From NCBI RefSeq assembly GCF_963921235.1, contig NC_086097.1:241864001-241928000 (forward strand): DNA of 64,000 nucleotides, in the 5' to 3' direction. The notes under the pieces are model-generated. The model searched no databases. It was not told where the DNA came from and saw only the letters and a list, made by a program, of their open reading frames with translations. This document shows positions 1 to 11,342 of this stretch, piece after piece (positions within the stretch are counted from its first letter, which is position 1; the number at the start of each line of letters is the position of its first letter). A program made the translations under genes and the position numbers. Origin of the DNA: Mobula hypostoma. Its lineage: Eukaryota.

Positions 1-140
1 CCCATGACTGCCTGGGTTTCCTTCGGGTGCTCCAGTTTTTCCCTACATCCTAAAGAGGTTAGTAGGTTAATTGCTCACGGGTGTAACTGGGTGGTGCCCA
101 CTTGTTAGGGCCATTACTGTGCTGCATCTCTAAACAGATA
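1..140 (+). mobile_element. V-SINE/HE1-like SINE fragment
   Basis: Core motif tgggtttccttcgggtgctccagttttt-ccctacatcctaaaga, the V-SINE-type core. Confidence 0.7.
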
Positions 141-297
141 AACAAAAACAATTTTTAATAGGATCTACAAAGGAAATAACAGAACAGATAAACAAAGGCT
201 TGGTTAAAGTGATGGGAGTTACAAAGGGGGAAAAAGGCTGGGAAGTTGAAGTAGGAAATGCTGGAGCTGAAGGCCTCTACAGCTAATGGCGTGACGT

Positions 298-990
298 AAA
301 CACAGGAAAACCTGCAGATGCTGGGAATCCACACAAAATGCTGGAGGAACTCGGCAGGTCAGGCAACATCTATAGAAATTAAAGATAGTCAACATTTCAG
401 CCGCAGCCCTTCTTCAGGACTGAGAAGGAAGGGGGAAGACACCAGAATGAAAAAGATAGAGGGATAGGAAAGAGGCAAGCTAGAAGTTGATAGGTGAAGT
501 CAGGTGGATGGAAAAAGTCAAGGGCTGCAGAAGAATTAACCAAATAGGAGAGTGAACCATAGAAGAAAAGGGAAAGAGGAAGGGACCTAAAAGGAAGCAA
601 TAGGCAGGTAAAAGGTCAGAGTGCGGAATAAAGGGGGGTGGAGGAGATCTGTTTACCAGAAGGAGAAATCAATTATAAGGGTGTTGCTCCTCCACCCTGA
701 GGGTGGCCTCATCCCCGCACAAGTGGAGGATGTGGACTGACACATCGAAACAGAAATGGGAATGGGAACTAAAATGTTTGACCACCAAGAAGTCCTGCTT
801 GTGGCAGATGGTGCGGAGGTGCTCGACAAAGTGGTTCCCCAATTTCTGACAGTCTTGCCAACGTAGGAGGCCGCATCCGGAGCGCCTGACACAATAGACA
901 AACCCAGCAGATTCGCAGGTAAAGCATTGCCTCACCTAGGAGGACTGTTTTGGGCCCTGAATGGAGGTTGAAGGAGGAGGTAATTGTTCC
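298..990 (-). mobile_element. Old Penelope-like (Neptune-type) 3' end: GIY-YIG endonuclease remnant plus pseudo-LTR
   Basis: ORF 669-935 (FTCESAGFVYCVRRSGCG...HFSSHSH...EATLRVEEQH) is homologous to the younger copies. There is a degenerate hammerhead at about 388-421. Confidence 0.85.
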
Positions 991-1194
991 TCCCTCGTGA
1001 CTGTCATCCCAATGGCATGGCAGTTAAATTCTGTAACGATCAAGTTGTTAAACCAGAAGGATTGCCGATACCTCAGTGAGTTGTCGGGCTGCAGATTACA
1101 TAGAGAGGGTAGAGCAAGCACAGAGAATCCCAAACACACCTAATCAGTGCAATTCCATTTGCTCCATCCTCACCTCCTCCACGACTGAGATTAA

Positions 1195-1335
1195 CCACTT
1201 TCTCCCCTTCTCAGTTCTGATGAAGGAAAGCTGACTTGTTAGCTGCTACTTTTACTACCACAAACTCTGCCAGATTTGCAGGGTTTATCCAATATTTTCT
1301 GTATTTATTTCAGAATTCCAGCATCTGATTCTTTT
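1195..1335 (+). mobile_element. Degenerate Penelope-like pseudo-LTR end
   Basis: cagttCTGATGAagg...ttccagcatctg resembles the pLTR terminus. Confidence 0.55.
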
Positions 1336-1863
1336 TCATTTTCAGTGGTATTGCTTAACTGGGAAGTAATACAGGCTAACCGGCACAACGGTGCCGAGGA
1401 ACTACGAATGGAGGGACATGGGCAACAAAACTCTGGACGCGCTCCCGTACAAGGAAAGGTAGTATGTTGAACAAATTAAATTTTGACATAAAAATAGTTT
1501 GGACAAGGAACTCAGCAGATAAGAGATAGTGGTGTAGTTTGATGGTGTTAAAATTTTATTGTTTAGTAAGATATATTGTCTGAAACTCATTGCAAAGTCA
1601 AGCATAAAGTCGAAGTTTCAGACAAGATGATAGGAAAAGGAATGCCGTCAAGTGGGCAAGGTATCAAAGCCTGGGGTCTTCACAGCTTTTGGCCGATGGA
1701 AACTTCTACTCATCTTATATTGCATATCTGCCAAACAATACAACAATTGAGAGAGAGTGATGCAAACTATCTTTGTGGTGATGTGACACAGTTGAATACA
1801 TCAATAAGCATGTAGGAAATGATGTCGTAGATGCTGCTGAGAGGGTAGCACGAAAGTGAGAAA

Positions 1864-2380
1864 TTAAGACCATAAGATAAAAGAACAGGATTAGGCCACT
1901 TAGCCAATTGAGTCTGCTCCACCATTTTATTATAGCTGATCCATTTTCCCTCTCAACCCCAGTACCTTTCCCCCGTATCCCCTTATGCCCTGACTAATCA
2001 GGAATCTATCAACCCCTGCCTTAAATCTACACAGACTTGGCCCCCACAGCTGCCTGTGACAAAGAACTCACCACTCTCTGGCTAAAGAAATTCCTCCTCA
2101 TCTCCATTCTAAATGCACATCTCTCTATTCTGAAGCTGTGTCCTCTGGTCTTAGACCGCGCCCCCCTATCCCCCATCCCACCACAGGATGACAGAAGCTG
2201 TGCCGAGGAGTGGAGGACAGGACATAAAACATTACAGCACAGTACAGGCCCTTCAGCTCACGATGTTGTACCGACCTTTTAACCTACTCCAAAATCAATC
2301 TAACCCTTCCCTCCTACATTGCCCTCCATTTTTCTATCTTCCATGTGCCTGTCTTAAATGTCCTTAATGTAACTGCCTAA
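1864..2380 (-). mobile_element. Two CR1-type LINE 3' ends
   Basis: taagaccataagata tail and ctggctaaagaaattcctcctcatctc motif; second subfamily begins cataaaacattacagcacagtacaggccc. Confidence 0.75.
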
Positions 2381-2634
2381 TCTTCCTACAATTACCTCCT
2401 ATACTTCCATCATTATTGCTGACAGATCCTTGTGATACACCAGCAAAAATGATGGATGTATGGGGAAGTCATTACTGGCAATACTTCGGCTGCCAGTGGA
2501 AAGGTAGGAATGGACCCAGATGAATGCGATCCAACAAGCTTACATAGTTGTGGAGAGGCGTTGGAGGAGAACAGTTAGGTCAATCACACCATGGACTGAT
2601 GTCTGCCAAATTCTAAGCATAAATTAATAAATAA

Positions 2635-2950
2635 AATAGAGTAAATGCAAGCAGGTTTTTTTTCCCACTGATGTTGGGTGGGACTACAACCAGGGGACAT
2701 GGGTTAAAGGTGAAAGGTGAAAGGTTTAAGGAGAACATGAGGGAAAACATCTTCACTCAGAGGGGTCGTGAGAGTGTGGAATGAGCTGCCAGCAGAAGTG
2801 GTGCACACAAGCTCGATTTCAATGTTTAAGAGAAGTTTCAATAGGTACATGGATAGCAGGGGTATAGAGGGCTATGGTCAATGGAATTAGGCAGTTTAAA
2901 TTATTCAGCATGGACTAGATGGGCCAAAGGGGCTGTTTCTGTGCTGCATA
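2635..2950 (+). mobile_element. CR1-type LINE 3' end
   Basis: ttcactcagagggg..gtgtggaatgagctgccag...gggccaaaggggctgtttctgtgctg terminus. Confidence 0.8.
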
Positions 2951-4868
2951 AAACAGCCTTGATAACTGACAGTATAGAGTTGCAATGCTGAATTTCCTGC
3001 AAAACCAGAAGAGCTTTAATCACAAACATAAATTTCCTGTCATGCCTGAATTTCAAACTTAATCTAAAACCAGTTAGTCCAATCACTTCTTACAGGCTGA
3101 TCAGACTAATATTCTCTGACTTGAAATGATCAGACACCTGAACACAAGTCCACTTAGTTCCGCACTGCAGACAGGACGCTAAGACTGGACTTTTTTTTTT
3201 AAATGAAGGTTTGTTTCCCTCTGTTACCCATTTATTTTAGTTTTACCAGGACAATTTAACGTTAAAAGGCCTTGATGTTATATGTGATGCACCAGCAATA
3301 ATGATGAAAGTATCACGTCACTGTTGGGAATACTTTGGCTGCCAATGGAAAGGTAGGAATGGACCCAGATACATGTTAAAAGGCAGTCATACTCAGTCAC
3401 ATTCAGCTTTCTGGTTAGTACCGTGAAGACTTTCAAAGCAGGTCTGACAAAATCCAAACTAGGCATCAGTGACTAGGCTATTGGTGAATTTTTCATTGGT
3501 GAAAGTACCATTTAAAAGTACTGCCAACCACAGCTTCCATTGTTTGCTAGTGATTGAGAGTAGATGGATTGGGTAATAATTGGCCAGATTAGATTTATAA
3601 ACGAGGCATATCTTCCACATTGATGTCAGTGTTATGTCAGTACCAGAATATTTAACTAGTGGCGCAACTAGCGCTGGGACCTAACTCTTCAGTACTACAG
3701 CTGGCATGTTGTGGGGCCAAGCACACACGTACTGATGGAACGGTGAGTCACCTTCAGCAAGAATTGTTGAATAAGCCTGGCGACACTTGCAGTCTGCTCA
3801 GCTCAATCTTTGCTAATTTGATTTGATGCAAACGATGCATTTCACTGTATGGTTTGATGTACATGTGACAAGTAAAGCTAATCTTTGTCTTTCTTATTTT
3901 CCAATTAGAGATTACAGTGTTATGTTTTTTAGTGTTGTTGGAGCTACATTCATCAAGGCAAGTGAAGAGTATTCTATGCTGTATCAGGGATGTTCAGTCT
4001 GTGTGCATACATATCTGCATCAATGCAGAACTGCTTTTTGCATTCACTATTTAGACACACTTTGTTCTATTAGTTTTGGGTAGAAAGTGGATGAACCAGC
4101 AATTGTCCATACTGAAATCAATCTGTTTGAGTCTTCCCTATTCATTCAATCTATTAATACTTCTCTGCAAAGTTGCAATTTAAACTGCTTACACCATTTT
4201 GTAGCTTCTACAAAACTCCGAGAAGTGGCATTTCATCATATTACCTGTCATTACAGTGAACATATCCTTCAAAACCATATTTGTCACATGTGGCCATTTC
4301 AAGTGCCATTCAATTACTGGTGCTCTGTCTCATGCTCCTCAAGCTAATCAAGAAGTTGCCTTTTATTGCTGGAGCTTCAGCTTTAGCTAACAAACTCTAA
4401 TGATGGATGGTATCAAAGATCCTGACAGTCCATGGAAATAGCCTCTTTAATATATTCTCTCACCCACTCTCTAATGAATTAAAAATGTTCAAGGTGTTCA
4501 GTTATTCCATTCTTAAGAGTTTTGATAAGTTCCTGACAGCAGACATTAGGGTCACTGGTTTAACATTCACTGTATTCCGCCCATTGTGCTTCTTGTGCAC
4601 TGGAGTGGCACAGTACAATTTTGTATTATAAAGGATCAAATCTTCAGCAATGGTCTTGCATACTTTCCGGTGTTGTTTGTTAATAGTTGGTTCCCACAGT
4701 ATCCCAGTAGTTAGAGCCTTGCAACTGAAAAATGACTCGCCTATTCCATTTTCGCTGTCCAGTAACCAACATTCAAACTACACCAGTATATTACCCCTGA
4801 TGCTGTGTATTATAACTTCGCTTAATAATGTTGTGAGGCCCTCTTGTAGTCCAAATACATAATGGGCT

Positions 4869-4959
4869 GTCCTGATGAAAGGTCTCGGCCCGAAATGTCG
4901 ACTGTACCTCTTCCTAGAGATGCTGCCTGGCCTGCTGCGTTCACCAGCAACTTTGATGT
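4869..4959 (+). mobile_element. 91-bp Penelope-like pLTR mini-insertion beginning at the hammerhead
   Basis: Flanked by direct repeat ATGGGCT (4862-4868 and 4960-4966). Contains gtcCTGATGAaaggtctcggcccGAAAtGTCgact. Confidence 0.8.
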
Positions 4960-6574
4960 ATGGGCTTGCCCTTAGTTTGTTCATTACAACCTCAAGAAGT
5001 TCACATTTCTCAAAAGAGAAATCCATATGGATTCTACTCAATCTTACCATTATTGTTACTACTTCCTTAATAAAAAAAAAATCCACAGCATTTTGCTTAC
5101 TATGGGTTTGCACATTATGGGTCTACACACAAGAACACAGGAGCAGGAATGGGCCATCAGGCCCTTCCTACCAACCCCACCATTTAATATGACCACAGCT
5201 GATCCACTTTGGCTTCATCTACTCCTCTGTATCATTTCTCTAAACTCCTCCATCCCTCCTTCATTAAATATAAGATTTAGATGTGTTGCTTACAAGCTGT
5301 GGAAATCCATGTAATTTTAGAAAATGATGTATCTACAACTTCTTCGACCACTTCCTTCAAACCCACAGGATGTGGATATCTTTTCGATTCTCCAGTATTA
5401 ATGTTCGATTCCTTGAGTTCCTCATTCACTCTTGTCTTGTACTTCCACATTATTTTCAGATGTTCTCTCCTAACAGTTCTTGCCTTAATGCTATGATACC
5501 TCCTGTCCGATGGTAGGAAAACCAAAAAAAAAACTTGATGCAGAATTGATTGCGCTGACCGAGATGATTAGCATCAAGGGTCACAATTTAATTCCCAATT
5601 TAGATTCAAAGTATGATACATTTATTATCAAAGTATGCATACAGTATACAACCCTAAGTTTCGTACTCAGCCACAAATCAAAGAAGCACCACTGAATCCA
5701 CACAAAAAAAATCAAACACACAATGTGCAAAATAAAGAACAAATTGCACAAATGGCAAAAAATGAGCAAATAACACACAGAATATTAAACATCAAAGTGC
5801 AGAGTCCTCAAAATGGTCTAGAATTGTTCACTTTAGTGCTATGTCATTACCGCAGTCAACTCAGCTAATCTGCTGAACATTGCAGGCATGCTATACTGGC
5901 ACCCGAATGTGTGGTGTTAATTGCGGGCTGCTCCCAGCACATCCTCGGCTGCGTTGGTTACTAGCACAAATGATGCATTTTATTGTATGTTTCAACATAC
6001 ATGTGATAAATAAATCTGAATCTTTCCTTTCTACACATCTATAGAACTTTGCAGTTTCTATTTCATGTTTCTTGTTAAAGCATCTGGTATTTTACTTTCC
6101 TTTCAGTCCTCTATTGCCGGGTTCAGAAATATTCCCAGTCAAGCTGGGTGTTTTTGGCAAGACAATAAGCTTTTTCTTTGCTCTAATACTTTAGCCATGG
6201 CTGGATTACTTTTTATGTTGAGTGGGTTATTTTTTTGCCTTATAGGCATGGGTGATTATTTTGCTATATTTTAAATAATATTTGGCATGCCAGTTATTTT
6301 CAGGTCTTTTACAAGGAACAGACATTCAGACATTGTTCAGTCACTCAGTCACCCTGTTATGTGTAAAAAAATTAGTGCTGATTTTGATATCCATTGTAAG
6401 CTTCCATACAAACTATCAAGATTTGATTCTCTGACAGAGGTTCACCCAGTTTGCAGATGAAACGTGTAACGTGCAACCACTGCTCACACCAACCCTTATC
6501 TAGAGTGGTCTGTAGCCCTAGCTCTTGGCCTTGGGGCTGATCATCATCTTGGCTGCACTGCATGGTCTGGGAGG

Positions 6575-7000
6575 GAAACGCCAATGCTCTTGAATGAAAA
6601 ATCCTACAAAAAGTAGTGGATACGACTCAATCCATCACTGGTAAAGCCCTCCACACCAGAGAGCACATTTACGCAGAGTGCTGTCACAGGAAAGCAGCAT
6701 CCATCATCAGGGACCCCCACGTTTTACTTCCTCTCGCTGCTACCGTTAGGAAGGTGGTACAGGAGCCTCAGGACTCACACCACCAGGTTCAAGAGCAGTT
6801 ATTACCCCTCAACCATCAGGATCCTAAACTATTTTGTATTTGCAGTTTGTTGCCTTTTGCACACTGTTGTCCACCCTGCTGATGTGGTCTTTCATTGATT
6901 CTTTTATGGTTATTAGGTTTGAGTATGCCCACAAAAAAATGAATCTCACGGCTTTATATAGTGACATATATATACACCGATAATAAATTTACTTTGAACA
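6575..7000 (+). mobile_element. Rex1/Babar-type LINE 3' end
   Basis: CHRKAASIIRDPH motif; 3' UTR ending aataaatttactttgaac. Confidence 0.8.
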
Positions 7001-7070
7001 TGACTTATTGAATTATAGAATCATGCAGTCAGAAACAATATTATCATAATGCATCAATTATAATCTAAGT

Positions 7071-7120
7071 CAAGGGTTCCCAACCTTTTTTATGCCATGG
7101 ACCAATACTATTAAGCAAGA
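7071..7120 (+). mobile_element. Half of a hAT-type MITE
   Basis: caagggttcccaacctttttttatgccatggaccaatac is the reverse complement of the end of the 45150-45229 MITE. Confidence 0.6.
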
Positions 7121-7422
7121 ACCTTAAAAGTGATATATAATGTATTTAATACTTTCTAATGCAATGTCTTTTACATTACCCTTAATAAGTGAAAGTCAAC
7201 TGTATGTACAAGAACAAATATGAAGCTGTGGGCTATTCAGCCTTGACTACCTGCTCTGCCATTTGATAAAATCACGGCACTATCTACCTGCATGAACTTC
7301 ACAGCCTCAATCCTCTGAGTATCCAAACAGCTATCTATGTTGGTTCCATAATGTTTGGTGACACGTGTGGGCTGCCCCTGGCACATCCTTAGCATTGTGT
7401 TAGTTATGAACACATTCATTAT

Positions 7423-7518
7423 ATACTTCTTCCTATAGATGCTGCCTGGCCTGCTGCGTTCCATGAGCATTTTGTGTGTCGCTTGAATTTCCAGTGTCTG
7501 CAGATTTTCTCGTGTTTA
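7423..7518 (+). mobile_element. Penelope-like pLTR tail fragment inside a short repeat
   Basis: tacttcttcctatagatgctgcctggcctgctgcgtt...gcagattttctcgtgttt; imperfect TSD acattcatta/acatttcatta. Confidence 0.75.
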
Positions 7519-7989
7519 CATTTCATTAAATAATTTGATGTATACACAATAAATGAATGAATCTGAATCTATCACACTCTACCTTCAATAAAGGTTGCAG
7601 ACTGGGTGTCTACAGCCCTCCTGAGTAATGAACCCCAAACACTTTCTACTCTGTGGGTAACACCATTTTCTCCCATCTCTGTTCTGAATGATCAGGAACT
7701 TTTAAGACTCTGACCCTTAAGTGCTACTTAGCTTGGTCAGTACAATCAATTCTGCACCAAGTATTTTTTTTTAAGCTTTCCTACCATCTGGCTAGAGAAA
7801 CCATATCATTAAGACAAGAACTGTTAGGATGAGATACAGCTTCATCCACCAGGCCACAAGACTACTTAACTCCCTCCCTCCATGCAGGTCTTATCACGCA
7901 CAAATCACCAGCAGCGTTATACTGTTTACTTTTTAATTTGTGTTGTCAATGCACCTTATTATTTGTTTATTTTAGGACTGGTAATATTA

Positions 7990-8605
7990 CAGTGAAACCC
8001 CATTATAACGCGATCGTTTGGGTCCATAAAATGTCATCACGAAAAAAGCAGGGTCGCGCTCAATCAGGGTTGTTGTTACTATAGAAATTAAAACACAAAT
8101 TTAATTTTTAGTAAAGCTTTTTAATACACGAAACAAATAAAAAACATTCAAGAATATTAGCAATCATCATTTACAGTTTATTTCTTAAAAAAGTGATCCA
8201 ATGTTCCTTGAACGTAGCAGCGAAATCTAGAACACTTCTGAGTTGGAGGTTTTTTCCTTTTCTTTTTCTAGCAGTTTGTTCTACTTTGAGCAAAAAAAAG
8301 TCTAATGACTCACACAAAATGCTGGTGGAACGCAGCAGGCCAGGCAGCATCTGGTCGAGACCCTTCGTCAGGGCTAACGGTAAGAAGAGATAGTAAAGAG
8401 ATTTGAAAGTGGGAGGGGGAGGGGGAGACCCGAAATGATAGAAGACAGGAGGGGGAGGGATGAAGCCAAGAGCTGGGAAGTTGATTGGCAAAAGGGGTAC
8501 AAGGCTGGAAAAGGGGGAGTATGGATTGACATGGAGTCCAACGACTCATTGTGTTATATCCAAATTCGCGTTAAATCGGGAACGTGTAAAATCGGGGTTT
8601 CACTG
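7990..8605. mobile_element. Tigger/pogo-type non-autonomous DNA transposon (with a nested Penelope pLTR at about 8309-8530), inserted in a Rex1 3' UTR
   Basis: TA-CAGTGAAACCCC ... GGGGTTTCACTG-TA terminal inverted repeats with TA duplication. The host sequence resumes on both sides. Confidence 0.85.
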
Positions 8606-8789
8606 TACTTTATATGTGTGAGTTATATGTATTGTGTTGTGCACCTTGGTACAAAGGAACTTTGTTTCATTTGGTGGTCTACATGTGTACAGCTGAATGA
8701 GAAGAAACTTGAAGTTCACTCCCTCTGAACTCAGGGCAGCCTCAACCAAACATGTCAGCTCTTTTCCTCTCACCACAGATGCCGCACCA

Positions 8790-8970
8790 TATGTATTCCT
8801 TTCATTGCTACCCTCAGGAAGGAGGTACAGGAGCCTGAAGGCACCCACTCAGCAATTCAGGAACAGCTTCTTTTCTCTCTATTATCTTGTATTGCAACGT
8901 ACCGCTGCTGCAAAGCAAAAAATTTCATGACAAATGCCAGTGATATTAATCCCGATTCTGATTCTGAATA
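8790..8970 (+). mobile_element. Rex1-type LINE 3' end
   Basis: LLPSGRRYRSLKAPTQQFRNSFF motif and (GATTCT)n tail. Confidence 0.75.
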
Positions 8971-9761
8971 CAGATCTCATCTTTTCACCTCACAAGACAA
9001 ACCTGTCACCACAGGAATCAACTGGATGAATTTTCGCTGCTGAATCTGTACGGTAAATTCCAATGATTGGTGCAGAAGGACATCTTGGTTTCTTTGGACA
9101 GCAACATCTTACAATTTTGCACCATTTAACAATACTTTACGCTTTGATTTCTACTTAGCTCTATCTGCTGTGTCATGTTTTGCTGATCTCTGCATTTTCC
9201 CCAATTACAAGAATATGAATTAATGTTTGCCTCATATGGATTATTCCTCTTCTATGCGCTATTTCGTTAGATTTACTATATCTTGTCCCTTACGTATTTG
9301 GTGCGCCACAGCTCCTTTCTTTTTAGTAACTTGAATTCTTGCCCTCAGGGGAATAAATTAGTTCTGTATCACAAATTCCTTTCTGAACATTTTCCACTGC
9401 TATACGCTGGTCTGCCCAGGAGGAAATTTGCCCAATTTATTACAAATAGACTATATCTTGTTGCAGAGAAATCAGACTATTCCAAAAATTACAATCTTTG
9501 TAGTTACTTCACAGTCCTTTCTTTCAAACACTAAATTGAACTTAATTCTTCTGAGATTTGGATTCGATAATTTTTTTGACTGAGGCTATATTTTCACTAA
9601 AACATGAATAAAATAGGTTTTGCAGTAGATGCAATCATTTTTCTATTAACCACTATTACTCTTCCTTACATTTGCAACTGATTTTGGGATTTCTATGTGA
9701 ACTCAAGCTCTGATCATAACTCAATCACACCAGTGCCCAAGATGAACATGGTAACCTGGTA

Positions 9762-11326
9762 ACCTATGACTATAAGGCACAGGGGCAGAATTTGGCCCAT
9801 CAGGTCTGCTCCGCTATTTCATCATGGCTGATCCATGTTCCCTCTCAACTCCATTCTCCTAGTATCCCTTCATGCCCTGATCATTCAAGGATCTATCAAC
9901 GTCTGCCTTAAATATACATAAAGGCGGCCACCACAGATGCCTGTGGCAAAGAATTCCGCAGATTTACCACCCCCTGGCTAAAGAACTTCCTCCACTTCTT
10001 TGTTCTAAATGGATGTATCTCTATTCTGAGGTTGTGCCCCCTGGTCCTAGTCTCACCCATGATAAGAAACATTCTCTCCACATCTGCTCTCTCTAGGCCT
10101 TTCAACAATTGGTATGTTTCCTTGGGGATTCCCACCCCCCCTCACAAAATTCTTCTAAATTCCTGAGAGTTCAGGCCAAGAGCCATCAAAAGCTCTTTAC
10201 ATGATAAACCTTTCATTCTCGTGAACCCTCTCCAATGTCAGTCACAGAAGTACAGCACAGAAACAGGCACTTTGGCCCATCTAGTCTGCGCTGAATCATT
10301 TAAACTCCCTACTCCCATCGACCTGCACTGGGATCATAGCCCTTCAAACCCCTACCATCCATGTACCTATCCAAACTTCTCTTAAAAATTGAAATCGAGC
10401 TTGCATGCACTACATGTGCTGGCAGTTCATTCCATGCTCTCATGACCCTGAGTGAAGATGTTTCTCATGTTCCCATTGAACTTCTCACTCTTAACCCATG
10501 ACCTCTGATTGTAGTCCCACACAACCTCAGTGGAAAACAGCACATTATATCTTGGATAAGGGGCCCAAAACTGCTCACAATACTCAAAGTGAGGCCTCAC
10601 CAGTGCCTTATAAAGCCTCAGCATGACATCCTTGCTTTTGTATTCTAGCCCTCTCGAAATGAATGCTAACGTTGCCTTTGCCTCCTTCACACCTACTCAA
10701 CCTGCAAGTCATCCTTTAGGTTAACCTTTGCTCCAGAACAATAGCAGAATCTAGTAATTCTTGAAAAATCGTTACTAATCCCTCCACAATCTCTTCTGCT
10801 ACCTCTTTCAGAACCCAGGGGTTCATCTAGTCCATGTGACTCATCTACCTTCAGATCTTCCAGCTTCCCAAGTACCTTATCCTAAGTAATAGCAACTGTA
10901 TTCACTTCTACCCCAAGAGTCTTGAACTTCTGGCATACTGCTAGTTTCTTCCACAGGGAAGACTGATCCAAAGTATTTATTCAGTTCATCTGTTATTTCT
11001 TTGTCCCCCATTAATCCATCTCCAGCATCATTTTCCAGTGGTCCTATATCTCCTCTTGCCTCTCTTTAACTCTATACTACAAACCGTTTGTATATATCAG
11101 GGGGAAAAAAATTCACATCCTCTTATATATTATTGACCAGCTTACCTACCCATTTCATTTTTAACCTCCTTATGGCTTTTTTTTTTAAAAGTAGTTTTCT
11201 GTTGGTTTCTAAAAGCACCCCAATCCTCTAACTTTCCACTAATTTTTGCTCCATTATATGCCCTCTCTTTTGCTTTTATGGTGTCTGACTTACTTCCTTT
11301 GTCAGCCACAGTTGCGGCATCCTGCC
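9762..11326 (-). mobile_element. Fragmented CR1 LINE(s), RT C-terminus and 3' UTR, with a nested second CR1 3' end
   Basis: ORFs with [38 protein letters not shown] and TRGHNLRI..FFSQGVVNL. The host continues after the PLE insertion at about 12803-12840. Confidence 0.85.
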
Positions 11327-11342
11327 TTTAGAATACTACTAC

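Noticed and set aside
298..1335. Possible old fold-back formed by the minus PLE at 298-990 and the plus pLTR at 1195-1335
   Set aside because: Both ends carry tail sequence, divergence levels differ and no TSD is visible. Independent insertions are more likely.
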